Shown piece by piece: positions 47,495 through 57,401 of a stretch of 64,000 nucleotides of DNA. The stretch is from positions 32,001 to 96,000 of the IMG/VR virus record IMGVR_UViG_3300012983_000034; one strand, written 5' to 3'. The notes below the pieces were generated by a model, which had not been told where the DNA came from, searched no databases, and was given only the letters and a program-made list of their open reading frames with translations. A program made the position numbers and the translations under genes. This stretch comes from a virus. Lineage: Duplodnaviria; Caudoviricetes. Positions within the stretch are counted from its first letter, which is position 1. Each line of letters opens with the position of its first letter.

Positions 47495-47773
47495 TTAACT
47501 ACATTCTTTCATTTTAATGCCACAATTAGGGCAATGATTAAGTTTGCCACTATTATTTTTTATAGCTGTTCGCTCAATAATTACGCCGCACTCAGGACAG
47601 ACATTGCAAAACCCCACAATATTTTCATCCCATTGAGAACATTTAACCTCTACAACATCTGCCGTAGGTATATCGGCAAGGTGTTCAAATGGAAGCAAAA
47701 CAAGCTTTTGACCACCTTCAATTGTCACTTCAAAATTTGGCAATTCAGATATTTCTATATATCTCTTTTGCAT
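47495..47773 (-). CDS. Zinc-ribbon protein
   Basis: PTADVVEV...CPECG...CPNCG. Confidence 0.6.
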   Translation of the reverse strand: MQKRYIEISELPNFEVTIEGGQKLVLLPFEHLADIPTADVVEVKCSQWDENIVGFCNVCPECGVIIERTAIKNNSGKLNHCPNCGIKMKECS

Positions 47774-47799
47774 TTTTCTTACCTCTTAAAATTCAGATT

Positions 47800-48141
47800 T
47801 TATTTCCTTGTGCAGTTATCAACATCGCACCAAGTCTTACGCCAATCTTTTACAGCGTCATCAAAACACTGCAACACCATATCCATATCCATTTCGCACC
47901 ATACAGGATAAGTTCTGCCGTATTTCTTTTTGGGAAGACCATAAATATCGCAATTCCTATTCCAAGCATCGACATCTTCTTTACTTTCATAATGAAATAT
48001 TGCTTGATTAAAGTCTTTTCGTCTACGGTCATTGTGGTCGCTATCAACCGTCATTCTTTTGATAAACAGTTCTCTTAATTCTGCAAAGTTCTTTTTACCT
48101 TCTGCAATTTCTTGCTGATTATGTTTACAATTACATCCCAT
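47800..48141 (-). CDS. Hypothetical protein
   Basis: ORF with GAGGT RBS. Confidence 0.55.
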   Translation of the reverse strand: MGCNCKHNQQEIAEGKKNFAELRELFIKRMTVDSDHNDRRRKDFNQAIFHYESKEDVDAWNRNCDIYGLPKKKYGRTYPVWCEMDMDMVLQCFDDAVKDWRKTWCDVDNCTRK

Positions 48142-48150
48142 ATTTTTACC

Positions 48151-49341
48151 TCAAATATTATCAAGCCAGCTCAAATCAGGTTCGGAACTACCATTTTTTA
48201 TAACATTACTACTTGAAGAAACAGTATCACTTCCAAGAAGTCCGCCAAACATATCCTCTCCCTTTTGAGCAGCTTCAAACTTCTCAAGATAAGCTTTATA
48301 AGGAAGATGCTTCGTAGCGCTATAACCACACAAATTAGCAAAGTAATAACTCTGTGCCCTTACACTTTCTTCATCATCCCAGAAGCATTCAAGAGACTTA
48401 GTTTCTTCATAGTCCTTTTCTCTAAGCTCAATATCCTTGATGGTTGTCGTAATAAGCTCAGTCCACTTCTCTACTATCTTATCATTCAATTCAACATCAA
48501 CGTGACAGTCTCTAATTCTGTATTTTCCTTTAACTTCGTCGGGCAAACAATCAATCCCATTAGTATCAAGCATCTTTTTAAGATACTCATCTGGTTCATA
48601 ACCATATGTTTTCAACCAAGTTTTCGCATTGCTTTGAAGACTCTCGCCAATCTTACATCTTTCAACATTTCTATATTTAACCGCTCCATTCTTCTGCTCG
48701 TACTCAATGGTGCAATATTTTAAGAAATTGAAGCGAGGTCTAATTTTATCTAAAGGAATGCCCATCTGATTCAATCCGATAGCATAACCAATTAACTGTC
48801 CTGAATTTTCTTCAAGCGTCTTACCAGTATAGATACTGCTTGATTTAAAGTCCAAAGGATAAACATACCCATCCTCATCTTTATATAAAGCGTCAATATA
48901 TCCTACGAACACATTACCGCCAACAACAAACACAATAGGCTTTTCAATTAACAGCTTGTGTCTATATACTGTATGGTTCTCAAAGAAGTGAATAAGATTA
49001 TTATTATACTTTTCACCAATGCTCTTATTCTTCTCTTCATCAGAGCGATTAAATTTAAGGTCTGCGATTGTAATTGCAGTAGTAAAACCATCATTATAAT
49101 CGTCAATCATATCCTCGTATTTAATCTTGCCCTCATAGAATTTATCTAATGTGTCATGGCAGATGGTACCTAAGGTAACATATGAGCTATCACATCTATC
49201 TTCTTTCGACTTTAAAATATACTTAAGAAGATACTCGAATTTAGATGTTAAATAAGTATTCATTCTCGACCAACTCCAGAGCCTATCAACATTATATTTT
49301 TGTTTTATTTTTTCTAGTTCTTCGTGCGTTAATCTTGCCAT
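48151..49341 (-). CDS. PD-(D/E)xK exonuclease (AddB/RecB-like)
   Basis: WSWSR, GTICH, E, GYID, DFKS, QL..Y motifs. Confidence 0.8.
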   Translation of the reverse strand: MARLTHEELEKIKQKYNVDRLWSWSRMNTYLTSKFEYLLKYILKSKEDRCDSSYVTLGTICHDTLDKFYEGKIKYEDMIDDYNDGFTTAITIADLKFNRSDEEKNKSIGEKYNNNLIHFFENHTVYRHKLLIEKPIVFVVGGNVFVGYIDALYKDEDGYVYPLDFKSSSIYTGKTLEENSGQLIGYAIGLNQMGIPLDKIRPRFNFLKYCTIEYEQKNGAVKYRNVERCKIGESLQSNAKTWLKTYGYEPDEYLKKMLDTNGIDCLPDEVKGKYRIRDCHVDVELNDKIVEKWTELITTTIKDIELREKDYEETKSLECFWDDEESVRAQSYYFANLCGYSATKHLPYKAYLEKFEAAQKGEDMFGGLLGSDTVSSSSNVIKNGSSEPDLSWLDNI

Positions 49342-49342
49342 A

Positions 49343-50071
49343 TTATACCTCAATTCTCATACTATTATCATAACTGTATTCACCAAAGTATTTTTCTTCT
49401 GCTTGTTTTCTTGCTTTTTCGGCATCTTCAAATTTATCATACTCACCAAGAAAAATAAGTTGGTCATTTAATTTTATTTGAGACTTCCATTTGTTTCTAT
49501 TTTTTACCCATACAACACCAGATATTCCAGATGTATTATTAGAACTTTTAATACGGTTCATTGCGTTTTGACTCGCTGTAACAACTCTTAAATTTGATTT
49601 TCTGTTATCGAATGTGTTGTGATTTATATGGTCTATATTCATACCTTCTGGAAATCCCATTATTAATCTATGAATATGAAACCTATCTTCTTTCTTTTTT
49701 CCTGAAGACCTAATATATCCATTGCTTTCTTCATACCAATGATATTTTTTAACCTTTTCATAATCATCTATGTCAAATATAAATTGCTTATGTGTGTTAT
49801 TTGTATATCCAACAACATACTGATTATCGACAAATTCATAATCATTTTGCGTTATTCCACTAACTTTATCTCTTTGCAAACATCCGCAAGATAAGGTTGG
49901 TCTTTTCTTTCTTGTTAAAGCACTTCCAAAAACAACAACATCATTTCCACAATCGCAACTACAAAGCCATTGAGCAAATCTATTTCCTTTTTCTGTGATT
50001 GCGTCTTCGGCTCTTTTAATGACTGTCAATCTGCCGAATTTTTGACCAGTCAAGTCATTAAATTTACCCAT
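49343..50071 (-). CDS. HNH homing endonuclease with AP2 domain
   Basis: DLTGQKFGRL, CxCDCG, SCGC, HR...DHINHN..DNRKSNLR, NTSG..GV. Confidence 0.85.
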   Translation of the reverse strand: MGKFNDLTGQKFGRLTVIKRAEDAITEKGNRFAQWLCSCDCGNDVVVFGSALTRKKRPTLSCGCLQRDKVSGITQNDYEFVDNQYVVGYTNNTHKQFIFDIDDYEKVKKYHWYEESNGYIRSSGKKKEDRFHIHRLIMGFPEGMNIDHINHNTFDNRKSNLRVVTASQNAMNRIKSSNNTSGISGVVWVKNRNKWKSQIKLNDQLIFLGEYDKFEDAEKARKQAEEKYFGEYSYDNSMRIEV

Positions 50072-50082
50072 TTGTTTACCTC

Positions 50083-50373
50083 TCACTCAATCTCAATATC
50101 TAACGGAATTCCTCTGCGACTACTTAATTTAATCGTGCCATCTTGCAATTCTTTTAATCTATCTTTACAATCTTCATCGGTTTCATAGCCAAAACAGAAA
50201 ATCATATTATCTGGTGCTCTCCACTTGTCTACTAAATCAATTATGAAATATAAAACAGTATGTTGTGGATTAAACGGCTTTGTGCAAATGATATATCGTT
50301 CATCTCTTGCTCTTACTCTGTACGGCTTCTTTTCATTTGGTACATAAACTCTATCCCCTACTTCTGCTCTCAT
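50083..50373 (-). CDS. Hypothetical phage protein
   Basis: Follows site 50385 + SD. Confidence 0.6.
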   Translation of the reverse strand: MRAEVGDRVYVPNEKKPYRVRARDERYIICTKPFNPQHTVLYFIIDLVDKWRAPDNMIFCFGYETDEDCKDRLKELQDGTIKLSSRRGIPLDIEIE

Positions 50374-50400
50374 TTCCCACCTCTTAAAACCTCAATTTTA

Positions 50401-50730
50401 TTAGTCTTCAAATGTGCAAAAATATGTTATCTGACCCCAGCCGCCATTTGCCCAACACTTAATTATATTCTTGTTGGCAATTTCGTCAAACCAATTTTCA
50501 GGTTTTCGCTCAGTCCAATACCAATTGCCATCATCTTTTTTTACTTCAAGTCTATTGCCAATCCAACCACCATAACATTTATTAGTTGCAACAAACTCGA
50601 CCCTAAACGAATCTTCGTTTTTTAGCACCCACTTAAAGAAGTCAATAAACTTTACTGGAAATTCACCAACAAGGTCATAGTTCGATGTTGCATCGCCATT
50701 TTCTTGTGTTTTATTATATTTATAATCCAT
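50401..50730 (-). CDS. Hypothetical protein
   Basis: Bounded by sites 50745 and 50385. Confidence 0.6.
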   Translation of the reverse strand: MDYKYNKTQENGDATSNYDLVGEFPVKFIDFFKWVLKNEDSFRVEFVATNKCYGGWIGNRLEVKKDDGNWYWTERKPENWFDEIANKNIIKCWANGGWGQITYFCTFED

Positions 50731-50771
50731 ATATTTTTACCTCTTAAAACTGCAATTTTAAGTGCTAATTT

Positions 50772-50820
50772 GCACTATATATTGTGTTTGTTTTTTTGTT
50801 TGAAACACTATATGTTGTAG
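50772..50820. promoter_or_regulatory. Tandem NrdR-box-like pair
   Basis: GCACTATATATTGTGT (15/16 to acaCwAtATaTwGtgt) and ACACTATATGTTGTAG (13/16), 33 bp apart. Confidence 0.65.
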
Positions 50821-50822
50821 TG

Positions 50823-50993
50823 TTATCCTCTTTCTTTCCCAAGTAAAATATAGAATGTTAAAAACATAATGTAAATTGGTCTAGTTTCTGCAAATCTATA
50901 CTTCATAGGATTATATGTTATCGTTGGCAATAAAAACCATTGGTCGTTGCAAATACCAAATTCTAAATATTTACCTTCATAAAAAGCCCTCAT
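50823..50993 (-). CDS. 56-aa hydrophobic protein
   Basis: MRAFYEGK..., start after site 51006 + GAGGT. Confidence 0.55.
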   Translation of the reverse strand: MRAFYEGKYLEFGICNDQWFLLPTITYNPMKYRFAETRPIYIMFLTFYILLGKERG

Positions 50994-51018
50994 TATTTCT
51001 ACCTCTAAAATCGTAATT

Positions 51019-51519
51019 TTATCTTGGAATTGATTCACATACAATGGGTTCACATACCATCGCACACAATTCACACGCAGCTTTTACTGCTTCTTTTGGC
51101 GTTGCTCCCATATACAATGCGCCGCTTGCATAATCTTGACCTGCACCAATTGCATAGTAGTCATCAATAGGAAATACCAGCATCCCCTCAATTGCAAATG
51201 CCTTGCCCTTATATGCAATTATGTACGGATTAACAAAACTATTATCGCCAGTTAAATCATTCTTCCATCTTCTAAATTCAATGGCAAAATCTAATACGCT
51301 CTTCTCATCCATACTTTCAATAGTGTGCGTCTTCATATAATGAAAGAACAAACTCGTTTCATCTGCATTGCCACAAGCACCAATAATCATATCGTTGTAT
51401 TTCATCATCTTTACAACTTTATTTTGTGCATTGTTGAGTTTCGTCCAACCCTGAACAACAATAGAATCAGAAGCCATTTCAATCTTGTCTTTGCTCACCT
51501 TACATACTACTACACTCAT
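51019..51519 (-). CDS. Ntn-hydrolase (HslV/proteasome beta-like) peptidase
   Basis: (M)SVVV...MASDS, K, AIGAG..YA.GA, AV..A pattern. Confidence 0.65.
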   Translation of the reverse strand: MSVVVCKVSKDKIEMASDSIVVQGWTKLNNAQNKVVKMMKYNDMIIGACGNADETSLFFHYMKTHTIESMDEKSVLDFAIEFRRWKNDLTGDNSFVNPYIIAYKGKAFAIEGMLVFPIDDYYAIGAGQDYASGALYMGATPKEAVKAACELCAMVCEPIVCESIPR

Positions 51520-51543
51520 TTTTTACCTCTTAAAATCACCATT

Positions 51544-51753
51544 TTAAATTCTATCATCAAGTATAAAAAACTCTGTATGAGACCCAACATCATACCATTT
51601 GAGACCATCTGTGTCTCTCCATTCTCTTACATATTGAATTGCAAAACATCTATCGTGACAGAACTTATGAATCTCTTTCCACGCTTCATCTTCTGTTTCT
51701 GGTTCCGCTATAATTCTTCTGTCGCCATAAGAATTTTCAAAATATAACTTCAT
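51544..51753 (-). CDS. Hypothetical phage protein
   Basis: Y.R.W...DVGSHTEFF motif. Confidence 0.6.
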   Translation of the reverse strand: MKLYFENSYGDRRIIAEPETEDEAWKEIHKFCHDRCFAIQYVREWRDTDGLKWYDVGSHTEFFILDDRI

Positions 51754-51754
51754 A

Positions 51755-52825
51755 TTACTTATCCTTCAAACTTTCTTGATACTTTTTTTGTTCGTTTTTA
51801 TCGTAAACAATTCTGTTGTCAAACAAGAATTGATAATTTTTATTAGAAGCATCCATAGGTGCATCCTTATCGCCCAAGATTCCCATAAAGTCTTTTATGT
51901 AAGACACCTTTCTAATGTTCTTAAACTTCTCACACAAAAACCTTGTTTCATTTACATCCACATCGTTATCTAATGCAATAACAATTTCTACATTTAATCC
52001 AATAAGCACTCTCGCTTGCTCATCCGATATGCTTTTACCAGACAAAGCAACCACCGTACTATCGCCAAGGGAATCTCTTTTTAAAACCGACTTTTCGCTT
52101 TCTGCAACCACAACATAACCAGCCTTTTGAATGGCATCATAGTTTTCATACAAACCATACAAGTTTAAACACTTTGGATATGTGGGAGTTATAAAATACT
52201 TACGAATTCCAAACTCTTTATAATTTTCAACAGTTGTTCTTTGATTAAATCCAAGCAGCTCTCCTGTAAGCCAGAATCTAAGAGGCACTACAATTCGCTT
52301 GTGTTTGTAACTGTAAGCAATACCAAACTTTTTTCTTGTTCTCTCTGTAATACCCTCTTTTACCCAACTAATATGCAGCATAGGAACATAGTCTTCAACC
52401 AACTTATCTTCTAAAATATGTATGTCATCTACATTTACTATTCTTTGTCTATTCGCCACTTTTTTAAATATAGCCAGTGGGTCATACTTCTTTTCTGTTA
52501 CCTTTACCTTCTTAAACTCAAAAGGTAAATCCAGTATTTTGTGTATATATTTAATTGCTTCAACAAAAGACATTTTTTTGTTATATTGAACCAATGTTAT
52601 AATATCTGAATTGTCATCAAACTCTTTTGTTCTAGTCCAGTTTGTGACGCTTAAATACTCATTATTTTTTACATTAACTGCATTAGGGTTATCCCCATTG
52701 AAGTTTGAACAACTATAATAATCTTTATTGGGATGATATTGAATATGTTTGCAGCCTATCTGTTCTAATATATATTCAATTTTGCTATTCTCAAAAATGT
52801 AATTTTTAAGGCTGATTGTATCCAT
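51755..52825 (-). CDS. DNA primase (TOPRIM)
   Basis: LYGL, VVAESEKSV, IALDND; next to helicase. Confidence 0.8.
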   Translation of the reverse strand: MDTISLKNYIFENSKIEYILEQIGCKHIQYHPNKDYYSCSNFNGDNPNAVNVKNNEYLSVTNWTRTKEFDDNSDIITLVQYNKKMSFVEAIKYIHKILDLPFEFKKVKVTEKKYDPLAIFKKVANRQRIVNVDDIHILEDKLVEDYVPMLHISWVKEGITERTRKKFGIAYSYKHKRIVVPLRFWLTGELLGFNQRTTVENYKEFGIRKYFITPTYPKCLNLYGLYENYDAIQKAGYVVVAESEKSVLKRDSLGDSTVVALSGKSISDEQARVLIGLNVEIVIALDNDVDVNETRFLCEKFKNIRKVSYIKDFMGILGDKDAPMDASNKNYQFLFDNRIVYDKNEQKKYQESLKDK

Positions 52826-52843
52826 ATTTATCTCCTCATTATA

Positions 52844-54337
52844 TTAAAACGAATCTGGGCTAATATTTGTTATGCCAATTTCTTTAATGATGTTTCTACT
52901 CTTGTCATGTTCACAAACAATCTGGTAGCCATTCGCCTGTCCCTCTTGGTTCTTAACAATAAAGAACACCTGATACTTCTTATCTTTGGTTAAGTTCTGA
53001 ACTATTTTGCTATTCTTGCCTTCTGGTCTATATACATATAATGCATTCTTACCGCCCTCATACTCATCTTCAAAAATATCTCGTATCATAATACAAGTCG
53101 AAGCTACATCGACTATGTTCTTAGCCATACCAATATTGTTTTGAGTATAATATCTCATTACGGAACTACCTTTTTCTAACTGAAAAGTAATTAAAATATG
53201 TACATTAAGCGATTCGGCTTTAACAGTATCTTTAATAGCAACCATTGCCTGTTGCATTTCCATCCAAGCACTTGCTGACACCTTACCAGCATCCATCTTA
53301 AAAGTATCAAGTATAAAATACGTAACACCCAAAGCTGCATATTTTTTAATTTCCTTTATCGCTTTTGATGTTTGATACTGAAGAAAAGGAATGATAGTAA
53401 TCATATGGTTCTTCGTCTTCTCTTCTAACCAACTAGCAGCCTTATGTAATGTTTCTTTTACTTCTGGAGAATACTTACCATCTCTAATAACGTGTTTTTG
53501 AATATCGTATTTAAATACGTTATTACAAATCCAAACAAGCATTTCTCTCTGCCATTTAGCAATAGAGTCTTCGTTTACCATAATTACAACTCTTTCGTTC
53601 TTTTCAATGATACTAGGAATAGTCGTAGAACGAGCTACGGTTGATTTGCCAGCATTACTAATACCACCCAACAAAGTAATAGAACCAGAATATTGACCAC
53701 CAGTTTCCTTTGTAAGCATTGGCATATTATAATAGGGCAATCCAATTGCAGAACCAGCATCCAACTTTTCAATCAAGTCGTGGATTTTATAACAAATATC
53801 ATAACTCTTAACATCGGAATCAACATTAACAAACACATCATTAAGATATGCAGAATGTTCATTATAGATATCTTCTGCCGTCATATCTGCATAATCAGAT
53901 AGTCTTTGCTTAACTGGAAAACCTCTTTTACAAAGCTGTATTACAGCTCTCCACTTCCTTAATTCAGAAACATAACCATCAAAATTTTCAACCTTGATAT
54001 ATGTCATAGCATTTTGAATTGTGTTATATCCACCATATTCTTCATACTTTGCTCTTAATTTGTGATGCTTTTCAAGATACAGACCAATTGTAATATCGTC
54101 AAGAGTATTTTTCTTTTCTACCAAAATAATATCGTGAGCAATCTGAAAAAACACCTTCCAAGTATTCTCTGAAAAATCATCTAAAGTAAGATTGGTATCA
54201 AATAATTTGTCTGGCGCTTTATATAAAATGGAAACCACATTAGCTTCGGCTGCAATCTTGAACTCCAAAACCTTCTTTGCAGTGCCTATCATTTCTTTTT
54301 CAAATTCTGTCATTTTGTTTTGATTTTTCTCTGCCAT
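52844..54337 (-). CDS. dnaB: Replicative DnaB-like helicase
   Basis: GGISNAGKS Walker A, ILD, FQL, KNQEG. Confidence 0.8.
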   Translation of the reverse strand: MAEKNQNKMTEFEKEMIGTAKKVLEFKIAAEANVVSILYKAPDKLFDTNLTLDDFSENTWKVFFQIAHDIILVEKKNTLDDITIGLYLEKHHKLRAKYEEYGGYNTIQNAMTYIKVENFDGYVSELRKWRAVIQLCKRGFPVKQRLSDYADMTAEDIYNEHSAYLNDVFVNVDSDVKSYDICYKIHDLIEKLDAGSAIGLPYYNMPMLTKETGGQYSGSITLLGGISNAGKSTVARSTTIPSIIEKNERVVIMVNEDSIAKWQREMLVWICNNVFKYDIQKHVIRDGKYSPEVKETLHKAASWLEEKTKNHMITIIPFLQYQTSKAIKEIKKYAALGVTYFILDTFKMDAGKVSASAWMEMQQAMVAIKDTVKAESLNVHILITFQLEKGSSVMRYYTQNNIGMAKNIVDVASTCIMIRDIFEDEYEGGKNALYVYRPEGKNSKIVQNLTKDKKYQVFFIVKNQEGQANGYQIVCEHDKSRNIIKEIGITNISPDSF

Positions 54338-54362
54338 ATACTACACCTTCAACTAATTTTGT

Positions 54363-54821
54363 TTACCATAAATCATTTAATAATTTGCTATTTACCTCTT
54401 TTGTTTTTCTTTGATACTCTGCTCCCGTATGATTTGCAGTGTCTATCGTTGTATTCTCTGCTTCCTCTTTTGTCTTTTTAACCGACTTCATTCGCATATA
54501 CACTGTATTAATATTTTTTTCTACAATCTTCAATATATAATTAAAACGATGCGATTCATCTTTGAAGTTGTTGGTTCTCAAAGCCTTTTGAATATCAGGC
54601 GAACAGAATTTAAAGGTATTTAATATCGTTTCATAAGAATAATTGGCTGTTGAAGCAATGTTATTATTTTCCATGAACTTATTGGTCAACAAACCTTTTA
54701 GTCTAAGAACCATTGTGCTTGACAGCGCTTGGTTTTCGTCGTATCCCAACAGACTTTTCACATAGAAATATAGATTCTCCCAGTCTTGTTTTTCTTGTTC
54801 GCTCATCTTCTTCTTTGCCAT
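54363..54821 (-). CDS. Replication-module hypothetical protein
   Basis: Between helicase and AAA ATPase. Confidence 0.5.
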   Translation of the reverse strand: MAKKKMSEQEKQDWENLYFYVKSLLGYDENQALSSTMVLRLKGLLTNKFMENNNIASTANYSYETILNTFKFCSPDIQKALRTNNFKDESHRFNYILKIVEKNINTVYMRMKSVKKTKEEAENTTIDTANHTGAEYQRKTKEVNSKLLNDLW

Positions 54822-54854
54822 ATTCTCACTCCATTCACATTATAATTTACCCAA

Positions 54855-54886
54855 TTACCCCTATAATAGAATTATCATAGGGGTAA
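54855..54886 (-). terminator. Hairpin after AAA ATPase gene
   Basis: TTACCCCTAT ... ATAGGGGTAA. Confidence 0.5.
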
Positions 54887-54907
54887 ATTAGAGTATAACT
54901 TTAATAA

Positions 54908-56023
54908 TTACTTACAAGCTTTAAGAATTTTCTTTGCTACTTCAACATTGTCAATTTCAGTAGGATTGCTAAAACCATTTTCTCTGCAAAGCTCAAGCAC
55001 AGGCTTAATTATATCAATTTCGGTTTTATTTGCACTAAAGAATTCAACGATTTTTTCTTTAATCTCATCAAGTTCTTTCTGTTTACGAGCAGCCTCTTCA
55101 GCCTCTGCAATTCTCTTTAAATTTTCAGCATCTTCTTTATCATTTTCTTTCTTGCGGTCTTCTACAGACACACCGTTCTTATTAATCTCAGCCTTAATTG
55201 CATCGGTAATAGCGGTAATAAATTCATCGGGGTCAAGATTAATTTCTGAAACAATGTTAGAAAATCTCGAACCAGAGTCAACAACAAAAGAATCATCACG
55301 GAACTTAATCTTTCTCGTTTCATCCTTGATTACGGTCTTAATCTCTTCCTTCTTGGTAACGATATTTTTCTTACCAGTCTTTTCTTTCTGCAATTCTCTG
55401 TCGAAATAAGCGAGGCAAAGGAAGTGAAGATTCTTTTTAAGAGCGTTAAAATAGTTCTGCTGCTGGTCAGAAGTAAGAATCTGATAAGTTTCATCATTAT
55501 AAATATTCTTAACTTCCTTGGTCTTTACGTGACCAATCCACCAAACCTTAACGCCAACACTTTCAAGTCTGTCTACCTGCTCGAAGATTAATTCAAGAGC
55601 CTTCTTATCTCCACCACCAAAACCATTCCAGCTTCCATTAATACTATCAGCTCTCTTATCGGGATTCTTTCGATTCCACAAAGCCAAAGCTTCCTGTTGA
55701 GCCATAAGAATCATTTGGTCATAAGTATCTCCAAAAACAACTCTGAGGTCTGCATAATCCGTAGTCTTGTTTTCTACGATATCATCAACGAATTCTACCC
55801 AATCATCCCAAGTTGGAATATTTTCAGCAACAATTCCTTCAATTGCATCAGCACCTCTTTCTCTGAAAAGTTCGGCAAAAATATACCCGTCTTCACCAAC
55901 AAGCTTTTCAGCCACCTGATACAACAAAGATGTTTTACCAATCTTAGGTTCGCCCAACATCATAAGCGAATAATTAAAAGGGTCTACCTTTACTTGATTC
56001 TTCTTACCAAATTTTCTTGCCAT
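54908..56023 (-). CDS. AAA_24 / Sak4-like ATPase
   Basis: GEPKIGKT, DTYD, GFGGG, IGH. Confidence 0.75.
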   Translation of the reverse strand: MARKFGKKNQVKVDPFNYSLMMLGEPKIGKTSLLYQVAEKLVGEDGYIFAELFRERGADAIEGIVAENIPTWDDWVEFVDDIVENKTTDYADLRVVFGDTYDQMILMAQQEALALWNRKNPDKRADSINGSWNGFGGGDKKALELIFEQVDRLESVGVKVWWIGHVKTKEVKNIYNDETYQILTSDQQQNYFNALKKNLHFLCLAYFDRELQKEKTGKKNIVTKKEEIKTVIKDETRKIKFRDDSFVVDSGSRFSNIVSEINLDPDEFITAITDAIKAEINKNGVSVEDRKKENDKEDAENLKRIAEAEEAARKQKELDEIKEKIVEFFSANKTEIDIIKPVLELCRENGFSNPTEIDNVEVAKKILKACK

Positions 56024-56095
56024 TCTATATACTCCTTTTCATTCACTTTGGAGAGGGATGGTTAAATCCCTCTCACTTTATAACCTTATGTATTA

Positions 56096-57274
56096 TTATT
56101 TAATGTTATTCAGCCAAGCCATTGAATCATCAGAATCAGATTCATCTACATCGAAAGGAGGCTTGTCAGAATCGTCTACAGGATGTTCAGATGCAGCACT
56201 GTTATAAAGATAATCCAAATACAAATCGTCCTCAGTAAATCTCTCTTCAAACTTCTGCACTACGGGAGTCTTTTCATCTCCAACAAGCTTAATCATAGGC
56301 TTCTTAAGCACCATTCTGCGTTCACGACTTCCATTTGCAGTACACTTAGCACAAGCTTCTTCTTCAGTGTATACGCCCATATCAACCAAATCTCTAATGT
56401 CTTGAGGAAGGTCATCGAGAGTTGCAGTCACCACTGCTCCACCTTCAATGAACTCTCCTTCAAAAGTAATCTGAGTAATATCCTTCTTAACTTTAAACAA
56501 CTTTTCATAAATGGTCTTACACTGCTTTTCGTTTTCAAGATTAAGTTCAAACTCAAACTGCTTCTTATAAGGGAACTGTCCTTTAACTTCAATACCGTTG
56601 TATTCCTTCAGATAATCAAGAACTCTTGCATCAACATACATTACGCTCTTATCCTTGTCGATGCTCTTAAGACTTGCAGAATCCTTATCAACAAGAACAG
56701 TCTGAGTGAAACGAGCAGAATACTTGGAAGAATCATCAACCTTAGACAGTACAATGCTCGTAATGTTCTTGCGAACCTGAGTATTTTCGTTGTAAGTAGA
56801 ATACTTAAGATTTCCCTTAACATTTACAACCATATCTTCGGAAAGATGTTCTTTTGCATATGCAATAGCATCATATGCAGAAAGGAATTTCTTATAAAAA
56901 GTCTTACCTTCGCTAGTTTTTTCAAGACCAACAGTAATAAATGAAAGTTCTCCAACCTCTTCAAGAACTTCGTCATCGAATCTGTCATCCCAATCTACAA
57001 CAATCTGTTTTTCAAAGTCGTCTGAACCATCGTCCTTCTTGCCGTGTGCAAAGATTTTGTTTTCATTTTCTTCGCTGTATCCACCCATAAGTTCAGCGTA
57101 GACTGTACCGTGCTTTTCTCCGCAGTCAACTCCAATATTCATGCTGTTATAAATCCAGCTACTCTTTTCTGACTTCTCATCAATCTTAAAAGTATAATCT
57201 CCAATGACGGGTTTGCCGACCAATGTGAAATTAGACAACCAGTCGGACTTTTTAATTACTTTCTTTTCGCTCAT
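56096..57274 (-). CDS. Probable phage ssDNA-binding protein
   Basis: OB-like VNVKGNLKY strand, acidic tail, biased codons, next to Sak4-like ATPase. Confidence 0.5.
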   Translation of the reverse strand: MSEKKVIKKSDWLSNFTLVGKPVIGDYTFKIDEKSEKSSWIYNSMNIGVDCGEKHGTVYAELMGGYSEENENKIFAHGKKDDGSDDFEKQIVVDWDDRFDDEVLEEVGELSFITVGLEKTSEGKTFYKKFLSAYDAIAYAKEHLSEDMVVNVKGNLKYSTYNENTQVRKNITSIVLSKVDDSSKYSARFTQTVLVDKDSASLKSIDKDKSVMYVDARVLDYLKEYNGIEVKGQFPYKKQFEFELNLENEKQCKTIYEKLFKVKKDITQITFEGEFIEGGAVVTATLDDLPQDIRDLVDMGVYTEEEACAKCTANGSRERRMVLKKPMIKLVGDEKTPVVQKFEERFTEDDLYLDYLYNSAASEHPVDDSDKPPFDVDESDSDDSMAWLNNIK

Positions 57275-57348
57275 AATTTTCTCCTTTTTATTCATTATAA
57301 CTTTATTTATTAAAATATTTTTTTTGCAACACAGATTGTTACGATGAT

Positions 57349-57377
57349 ATTATACCACAATAATATATAATTGTCAA
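57349..57377 (-). promoter_or_regulatory. Consensus SigA promoter (replication operon)
   Basis: TTGACA-17-TATAAT; family B site at 57296-57314. Confidence 0.85.
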
Positions 57378-57401
57378 TAGTATTTTTAAAATTTATAAAA
57401 T

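Larger units (their letters stand above)
44837..47802. repeat. Array of TAAAA-N6-TTTTA junction sites separating small genes
   Basis: Sites start at 44837, 45372, 45814, 46443, 46719, 46980, 47298, 47787 (exact) and 47484 (degenerate). Confidence 0.9.
50385..51546. repeat. Second cluster of TAAAA-N6-TTTTA junction sites
   Basis: Sites start at 50385, 50745, 51006, 51531. Confidence 0.9.

Noticed and set aside
44837-51546. CRISPR array reading of the repeated junction motif
   Set aside because: Units are whole genes of variable length, only 10 bases are conserved, and no cas genes are present.
44837-51546. N6 dyads as intrinsic terminators
   Set aside because: Stem would be 5-6 mostly A-U pairs with no downstream U-tract; real terminators here have GC-rich 9-12 bp stems.
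56183-56944. 253-aa plus-strand ORF and other short antisense ORFs in the track
   Set aside because: Shadow frames of well-supported genes on the opposite strand; no RBS.
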